A stretch of 62,387 nt of DNA, counting the filler, from Sluysia triapertura (taxonomy: Eukaryota): the NCBI GenBank assembly GCA_046118255.1. It is 5 parts of 5 records of this genome, joined end to end, with 100 filler letters (N's around TTAATTAATTAA, not from the genome) between each part and the next. Parts side by side here need not be neighbours in the genome. Positions count along the whole stretch, not along the records: positions 51,340 to 62,387 come from JBJNIA010189620.1; 4 more parts are not named here. The stretch is one strand, 5' to 3'. Each line of letters begins with the position of its first letter. Positions within the stretch are counted from its first letter, which is position 1. The notes below the pieces were generated by a model. It ran no database searches and was not told the DNA's origin. It saw only the letters and a program-made list of their open reading frames with translations. Made by a program: the position numbers and the translations under genes. Of the stretch, positions 53,901-62,387 are shown piece after piece.

Positions 53901-54779
53901 AAAATGCATTGAATAATTAAAAATTAAAAAAATTTAATTTTTTATATATTAATTATTTCACTTTTGATTTATAAATTTTTGGTTTTATTTTAATTTTTAT
54001 TATAGATATTTTTTGAATTTCGGGGAAAATTAGTTAAATAAAATAAAACATAAATACTTATGTAGGTAATTATTTAATGCCATCTGGTTTTATGTCATAT
54101 TGGCTAAAAATAAAACTAATAAAATAATAAAATTATAACAATAACAGTAAAATTGTATATTTATAATTATTATAAAATGAAAAAAATCACTCCAACAGAT
54201 AATTGCGTGAAAAATAATTGAAACTTATATTTTACTTCCTAAAGTACATAATAAAAACCAAATTGTTTTGTAAATAAGGATATATAATAGGATATTTTTA
54301 AAATAATAAGTCAGTTCGATATTACACAAATGTTTTTAGTCTACTAGGAATTGTTGGTATTATTTCTGCTGCGGAAAATTATTGAAATGGGATGATGAGA
54401 TAAATAGCAATGTTATAATCATGCAAACAGTCATTTAGATAATCGGTATTAAACAAAAGAGACAGAGAAGGTGAACTATTTACAAAAGGTTTAGTTTATT
54501 GTCTGCACGAAGAATGAAATCAAAAAGTGAAAGAAAGAGGAAAAACAAACATGATTATGATTTTGAAATAAATACATAAATTATTAATAACAATACTTTT
54601 AGTCATTTTTATTATATACACAGTGAATGAATTATTTGAGAGGAGAGTATAGAGTTATTTAAGATTTTACATTCTATCCATAGTCCTTAGAAAAAAATGA
54701 GAGGGTTAAGGTTGAAAATTTTACATATGTGCACAGGTGATAATGCAATTCATTCAGAATTAAAACATAAGAAGGATAT

Positions 54780-55530
54780 GTTTTACTTACTCATGTCGCG
54801 AGACTTGGAGAACACAGTCTCTATAGGTATTAAGGGAGGACACAATGAATAATTTAATACATTACCACACCAAAGGATTTAAGTAGGACCTCATTTTCGG
54901 ATACCAGAACCGACTGCTCCAAAACAAAATTGCCAAGATAAACTTGACAGCCCAGTTATGCTCGTAATTTATCTCTAATTTTCTCCATATTTCTTCTTAC
55001 TCAATATTCGGATAGGTCTAAAGTTGTCACAAATATCAATGGGAGATTTTGCATCTATGAGATAGAGCTTACAGGAGTGTGGGTCCATAGCTTAGATATC
55101 CAGCCGCCGCATATCACTAACTATTGGGGTTTGAGAGTATATTCATTTCAATTTGTCCACCAGGAAATTGAGGACTTTATGTCTCTTTGTGACAGAAGTT
55201 AACCTTTAAGATATTATTACACGCCATAACCTAAGTGGAACGAAAATAATCTGTCGAAGAAGGAGATTTTCATAAGACAGTCGGCAGAAGAACCCCGACT
55301 TTCGACTATTTGAAAGATTGATCAATTCGAATAGATATTTCTCTACTTTATCCTTATGAAATCGACCAAACTTAATGTCATCTTCTCAAATGATGTCAAA
55401 TTTATGTTGACATATTTAAACATGTATGGAATCAATTATGTTAACAGGTGGAGGAAATTCTTATAAAATTCTTCACATAAATAAGGCTGAAAAATATTTA
55501 TGTTTCGAAGAAGCATGCAGTAGGGCCAAT
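54780..55530 (-). mobile_element. 5'-truncated non-LTR retrotransposon of the R2/NeSL type (restriction-like endonuclease domain)
   Basis: Broken frame: VTKRHKVLNFL…MRRLDI*AMD…LYLIDAKSPID…KKKY…GAVGS…ENEVLLKSFG, i.e. RH, PD…DxK, KxxKY and GxxG motifs of RLE retroelements. Confidence 0.75.
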
Positions 55531-57078
55531 GTTATTTTAATTAAATTTGTATTATAATAAAATTATTTGTATTTAATTGTATTTTGTTAAAAATTTTATA
55601 TAATGTAAATTTTATGTTAAATTCTATTTTTTTCGCAAATGTATACAATATTTACGGATATAGGGATTATAATGAAAGACGTCGAAATGAAAGACATCAA
55701 AAGCACAATAAACTAAATTAATATCTTGACCAAGCGAAATTTTCAAGTTAATTAAGTGGGGTTTAATTTCATATATTAATATAACTTGGAATTTTTTATT
55801 TTTTTATTACTCTAACGACTTTTAATTAAAGAAGCAAATTTTTAAATTAGTATTAGATTTAGTCTAGAGCGGTGTACCTATGGGTGCTGTAATTTGTAAA
55901 GTAAGAATAAAACAAGTCTTATTGAAAGAATAAAGTAAAATATAATGGTGAGTTGTGTTTGTTAATGGGTTATATTTATAAAATGTTTAAATTGAAAGAA
56001 ATAAAGTTGCGAAGAGAGAACCCTTTATATGGTTTTACTTTGAAAATATAAAAGTACATTTATTAATTTATTTTGTCAAAAATTGTTTGGATTAATAATT
56101 TTATGAAAAATGTCTGTACATGAAAAAATAATGAATTAAAGTATAATGTTAAAACTCATTAATATTATTGATATGGGTTATCGCGAAGCACTTCAATGAA
56201 GATAACGCAAAAATTAGTTATTTTAATTAATTTTCTATAATGTAAAGTATAATTGGTATATGTTTAAATGTTCAAGCGCATCCAAAATATATATCAAATT
56301 AATGCTTATTAGGATTTCAATTCAGACAATTTATTGAAATTGAGGTGTAACGTAAGGTTAACGCATGACGTATTATATTAAAATTTTTATGGAAAAGAAA
56401 TTTGGTAATTAATTAATTTTCTTTATTTTAAGTTGATGTATTATAATAATAGCATTACTGTAATAATGATGTTAAATTTTGTTTTGTTAATAAGAAAAAG
56501 AAATTGCTTATCACAGTCTTTGGGATAGTTTCTGGGAGATGATAAATTGGAAGTAGACAGAAATAATAGCCGAAATTTAATTATTAAAATTGGTCGATTT
56601 GTAACCAACTTAAAAGAATAAGTAATTACATAAGGTAATTATTTCTATACTTCGAATTTCTGTTCTACTCAGAGATTATCCTATTATTATATAAGCAATT
56701 GTATTTTTATTAAATATGTTATCTAATTTTGTCTTGTTCGTTTTATGATTGATTTATACTTATCAGGAGTCGTTCGTTCACTCGTTGTAGATGGAACGAT
56801 GGAAGTGCAAAAATTTGATTGCATAAACTATAAACACTTTCTTTTAATTAAAAACGTTAAAGTTGAGTTGTCTGAACTATAAATACCTTCCTTTAGTTAA
56901 AAACAAACGAAATATATTACACAAAATTGTTAACGTCGTAAATAAAATATGAAATGCTCGTAATTACCTTATCAAATATTGTTCTAAAACCGAATCAATC
57001 AAATATTGTCAAATATCGTTAAGAGTTAATCAGTTAAGTTAATTAATTTTACAAGTGAGTACCTTTTTTCTTCTTCTG

Positions 57079-57186
57079 AAATAATACCTTTTCGGAATTG
57101 AAAATTGACTTCTTAAAATAATACCTTTTTCGGAATTGATAATTGACTTCTTAAAATAATACCTTTTTCGAAATTGATAAATGACT
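57079..57186. repeat. Minisatellite, ~3 x 37-38 bp
   Basis: Unit AAATAATACCTTTT(T)CGGAATTGA(A/T)AATTGACTTCTTA. Confidence 0.9.
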
Positions 57187-60100
57187 AGTCGGCTAAAATA
57201 TCTCCCTATTTATATCCATTTGGCAATGTTGTATAATTGCCTATAACTATTGTAATTACTTTTTGATTAGATTATTATTCCGTGAAATGCGTTTGTAATT
57301 ACGTTTTTCCATTAAATCATTCTGTCTAATTACTTATTTAATTGAAAATCCATTAAGATCCATTAGATAATTAATATTTTTATTTTATTTAAAATTTTTG
57401 TATTATCATTAAGTAATTACTTTTTTATTTAATACTTAAATTTTATATGTAAAATAATTAATATAAATTTTATATAAGAATTAATTTAAATTGGAAATGA
57501 AGATTAATCTAAATTTGAAATGAGTTTATTTTATTTTAATAACAATTACAAAGTAAACTAAAGAAAAAAAACCGAACTCATCGTAGTTAAGAAATTATTG
57601 GTCCAGCGAAAGATAAGAAAAAAGAAAAGCACATGATTTCACTGAAAAAGAAATGAAAAATTAATCGAAAAACTTTAAATGAAAGTGGATAAGAAAATAG
57701 ATAGAAATTTAGTTAAATAATTTAAAGTAAAATAATAAAATGAAATAAATTTTTATTATAATTATTATTAATTAAAAATTATTAGTCAATTTCAGTCAAT
57801 AATATCGCTTGGGTATAGTAAAATTTTCTATAATAATTATGTAACAAAGTACCAAATGTCCAAATATATTGTTAAACTGGCCACAATAAACAAACTCGTA
57901 CACTAAATCGGTGAACGTACGTTGTACAATATTATAATCTACAAATTATACCTGATATATCGCATGACCACAATAATTATTACTCAAAAATAATAAAAAT
58001 ATCTAATGATTTCAACCAAAAAATTCAGTTGCCTAACGTTACTATTTGATATGTACAATTAACCGTTTAAAACTATTTTGCTAAAATCATAATTGATGTT
58101 CATAAACACTGAACTCAATATTTTGATAATTACATAACTGTACTGTATCCTAAGTCGTTGTTTCTTCATTTTATTAAATACAATAATTATAATAAATCAC
58201 GAAAATTTTAGTTTATAATATTGCCATAAAATCGTAAAATAAAATTGAGATTTTTTAATCTAAGTGTAGAGAAAAAAATTTATTTGTCATTTTATTATTT
58301 AAGTGCATTAATAAAAGTTTTTATTATAATAGTTAATTAAACTTAACTTTGTCAACTTGTATTGAATTCAGTAATCACTTGCATCCATGTGTAATTAGTT
58401 AATCTCATCTCAAAGTATACATATAATAATAATCATTAAACTATATTTTATTACATATTTTATTTATTGACACGCATTCCATAAAAAATACGAGTTGAAT
58501 TAATTACATAAATTACATTAAAAAAATATGTGAAAATGCTGTAGTTCTTTTTTTTAGCAATTTCAGTTGTTTTCACATAATTTATTTTAACTGACGTGTC
58601 AAATATAGGAAAATTAAAATTAAGATTTTCATGCAATAGGCCAAATCTATGAGCTGTAAAGTTTATTATCATTTACGTATAAAAAATTTTTGAAAAATTA
58701 ATCACTTACACAATGGATCTAGTGTTGTAAGGTTTATACCTTTATACCTTTAACTGAAATTTCGTAGTAGGACTATTTTATTTGTGAAACGATTTCCTTA
58801 ATTGTGAAGTTTAACTTTCTTCAAATATTATACACCTCATTTCATATTGACTTTATATATTGTTTTAATAATCATTAAATAGACTTTTGTGGATATAATT
58901 AATACATTAATACATTTAAAGGATATCTCTATTCATTTTGCTATGCTGTCATTATTGATTTTCATGAAAGAAAATAAATGTTCCAAAAATATTTTTCGAA
59001 AAAGGAAAATAGAAATGAAAAATTCTAACATGTTCTGGAATTTTTGAGAATTCCCACTGATTCTGATTGGCTGACTACTAGTATGAGAACCATTTACAAT
59101 TACAATTTAACAACACACAATTTACTTAAAATTTCATTTAATCGTACAAAATTTATTTCAATTTAATTAGACAAATTATTACAATGATTATTATTATTTT
59201 GAATTGTTAACTGAAACACTGTTGATTGCTGAATTTTGATTTCAGTCCAAGAACTCTTAATTGGGAAATTTTAAATTTAATTTAGTAATTTTTTAATATT
59301 AAGAATCCTAAAATACACGTAAATTCTTTGTAAATGAAATTTTTGTAGTATTTGTAGTACAATAAAAATGAAAAAATCATCATTGATTGTTATTTGTGAT
59401 TTTGAGAAGTTCTCTAACAAGTTATGAGTGTATATTGTAAACATATTTCGTCAAATGAACTAATAGAATAAATTAAGAATTCAATTTCATCCACTTTCTT
59501 AATTAGATCTTCAATTCTTAAAGTAGTTAATTTTCGAAATTTGATGGTTAAGTTAAGTGCTAAATGATAATTGTCATTTACAGCTATAAGTGTGATGACC
59601 AAACACATCACTCAAAATTTTAACTTTGCATAACATACCACATAAACTATTACACAAACACAACATCTAAACAATTTAAAATTTTAAACCTTAATAGCCC
59701 AAAATCTTTTCTATTAAAAAATTCAAATTATATCATAGACGAAATTTCTATATAAATGTTTTAAATTTCTCTTAACTCTCTTTTATAACTCTTCCTTTTT
59801 CTTTCTACTCGTTACTACTACCTATTTATAAATCCACTAAATCACATACATTCAGCAACACAAATAGTGCTCAACAACCTTTACAACAAAATCATATTTT
59901 ATAAGCACAATAGCAACAACACCAATACTTCGAAACAGCTTGAATCATCATCACCACAAAATAATGTTAGCATACCACCTATTTCGACGTATAACAACAA
60001 TCTTAACCCGCATCCATTGCGTTTTAACCAGCTTCTACATACTTAATCAAAGTTTCGAACAATCAAATGGACCAACAACAAGGAATGGTATGGCCATCAC

Positions 60101-61404
60101 CAACAGCATTATCATCACCAAACTATTCAACATCAATATCATCATGAACATCTTCAGCCCCAACAGCACCGTTACGAGTATCACCAACATTTCAAACATC
60201 GCAAGTATTACGAACATTATGAACTTCAACCTCTAAGGAGTTGTCAACAATTAGCTATTTTAGTCCATTTAAATCAACAAATACTCAGAAGTTTAAAGTC
60301 TTTGAGAACAATTACGCAATTCGACGTATCCACTTTATCAACATTCTCATTGCAATCCATAATGCACTTTTGCGATTCTAATTTTAATAAATATCTTGAA
60401 ATGCACCCACGTCTCTGGACAATAACTCTTAACAAAAAAACTGAAGAATTAATGTAATCTAAAGTAGAACATAAATTAATTACGTAAGATCGAGCAGCAG
60501 TTCATAAATAGCTAAACGAATAGTCTAGTTGTGATTGGTGAAGGATAATAGTAGATGTAAGGGTCAAAACTAAGGATAACAAAATAGGTTCAACATTAAT
60601 AAAGAATAAAGATGAGGCATTATTATAAACTTCAATGGTAAGACAAGCATATATATAATATTTAAATCGAAATAAAATAATGAGAGATACGAAGAAATAA
60701 CCCTGTGAAAGGTATTTGTCAAAATATTAAAGTAAATCTGTTAATTAACTTAATTAAAATTTATTTAATTTAATAAGTCAATGGAAATGTTTGCTCATGA
60801 TATAAAGATGTTAAATTTAGTGCATAATGCCATAAAACAGGTGTAACCAGTACAATTATACACAAAAATACAAGCACACATAAGGTAGGAATTTATGGAA
60901 ACGTTTTGACAAATCATTGTGGTGGCCAACCTTTTCATTCGAAATTTTAATTCAACATTACACACGAAATATCACGTTTAATAAAATTTCACATTTTAAT
61001 TCTACAGACTCATCAAAATTTTAGATACTTTAAAACATTTTAAATTCACAATTCCATAACATTAAAATCATAATTAACATCGAAAATAATTAAATATACA
61101 TTTCAAAGTTAATTCAAAACATCACAAGTTCACAATTCTTCAACATTCAAATCATTTATATTATTCAAAAACATTAAATTTACATTTTTAAATCCTGTTC
61201 AAAACATTATTGTAATCAAAACGGAATTTCTTTTAACATCTTTAACTACGTTGTTATTTCTTTTTATTAACGCATAAATGTTGTTGAAAAGATAATTAGA
61301 ATCAAAGAAAGAAAAAAATATTTTCACAAAAGAAGTTGATGTTTTTATTATTTTCATTTTATTTTAAAATTATTATTATTATCATCAATTTTATTTTATC
61401 GTTT

Positions 61405-61426
61405 TCATTATTATTATGTACTTTAA

Positions 61427-61471
<45 letters not shown>

Positions 61472-61500
61472 CATTATTATTATTATCATTATTATTATTT
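61405..61500. repeat. (ATT)n microsatellite
   Basis: Direct reading. Confidence 0.9.
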
Positions 61501-62310
61501 ATCTCGTTTATTATTATCAATATAAATATCATTAATTTATATTATCAATTATCAAATTATCATTCAACTGTAAGCAACTTTAATTATTAATTCATTTAAT
61601 TATTTTATTGTTATTGTGTGACAGCTTATAACATTGCGTGTACGTCGACTGTTTGCCGGCGTGAATTGTTTGTTATCGAGCACATTATGTTGTCTTTTAA
61701 TCAATATAGGTTATCTACTGTCATTACTGACAGTCATTATTAGGATTATATATATAATCCTATTGTAATATTTGATTAATATTTGTACTATAATCCTTAT
61801 TGCAGTATTTTGTTTGTTTAATATACGTTATTAACTTAGTTGCTTTTTTAATTTTGATTTTTAAAAGATTCATTTAACGTATCGTTGTAATTTTTATAAT
61901 TTCAAATAATAAATTATATAACACAAAAGTTTTCACCGAATTTCATTCGGACACCTAAAATCTATATTTTATACGACTTCTTTTTCGTAGGATTTACCCA
62001 AGACTGATAATTAACGTGCATATGAAAATTAGTGACAAGATATATTAATTAAGTCATAAAGTGCAATTAAAATTTTAACCTCCATACAAAGTTTTTTCAT
62101 TTAAACTCAACGGCTAGCCCTAACTGGTAAGCCTAGTACGATGGTGGACTCACAATAAGAAAATCTTTTACTTTAAGTCTAAGTAAGAAAAGATAAGCAA
62201 TAATAATACTAAAAATAATAATGAATGTCGATATATTAAGAAAGAAGTGAAGTTGAGAATTATTCAAATTGAAAAGACATGGTATTTTAAGTAAGAATTT
62301 GAATCTTTAC

Positions 62311-62387
62311 TTAACCCTTTCAGCCCCGAATTTTTTTCCTTAAGATATATGGTGATTTATTGTCTTTATAGATGATGATTTAGGAAA
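62311..62387 (+). mobile_element. Possible piggyBac-like terminus at the window edge
   Basis: TTAA-CCCTTTCAGCCCCG start only. Confidence 0.3.

Noticed and set aside
57079-57186. CRISPR-like 37-bp repeats
   Set aside because: Head-to-tail with no spacers, eukaryotic context, no cas genes.
1-62387. tRNA, rRNA, snRNA or spliced-leader RNA genes
   Set aside because: No recognisable sequence found by eye; a covariance-model scan would be needed to exclude them.

Overview
This is very AT-rich eukaryotic scaffold DNA with 38-50 nt GT-AG mini-introns, many (AAT)n microsatellites and five 100-N gaps, four of which carry an artificial TTAATTAATTAA linker. Composition, intron sizes and gene content point to a triclad planarian (inference). 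The backbone is a large minus-strand gene for a neurobeachin-like (NBEAL1/2-type) protein, with exons traced from 47300 down to 6815. Its ~28 kb central intronic interval holds two plus-strand genes. One is a complete 4-exon, 575-aa C2H2 zinc-finger factor with a PLDLS CtBP-binding motif, probably of the flatworm zfp-1 family. The other is a tandem SEA-domain gene built from a repeating 3-exon module. A four-jointed (Fj/FJX1)-like Golgi kinase (pseudo)gene is interleaved on the same strand with NBEAL exons within one gap-free contig. The rest is decayed mobile DNA (several Tigger/pogo copies, Tc1 fragments, piggyBac-like termini, a hAT relic, an R2/NeSL-type RLE retrotransposon fragment) plus orphan exon-like ORFs. 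All homology calls come from manual translation and recalled family motifs, not database searches.
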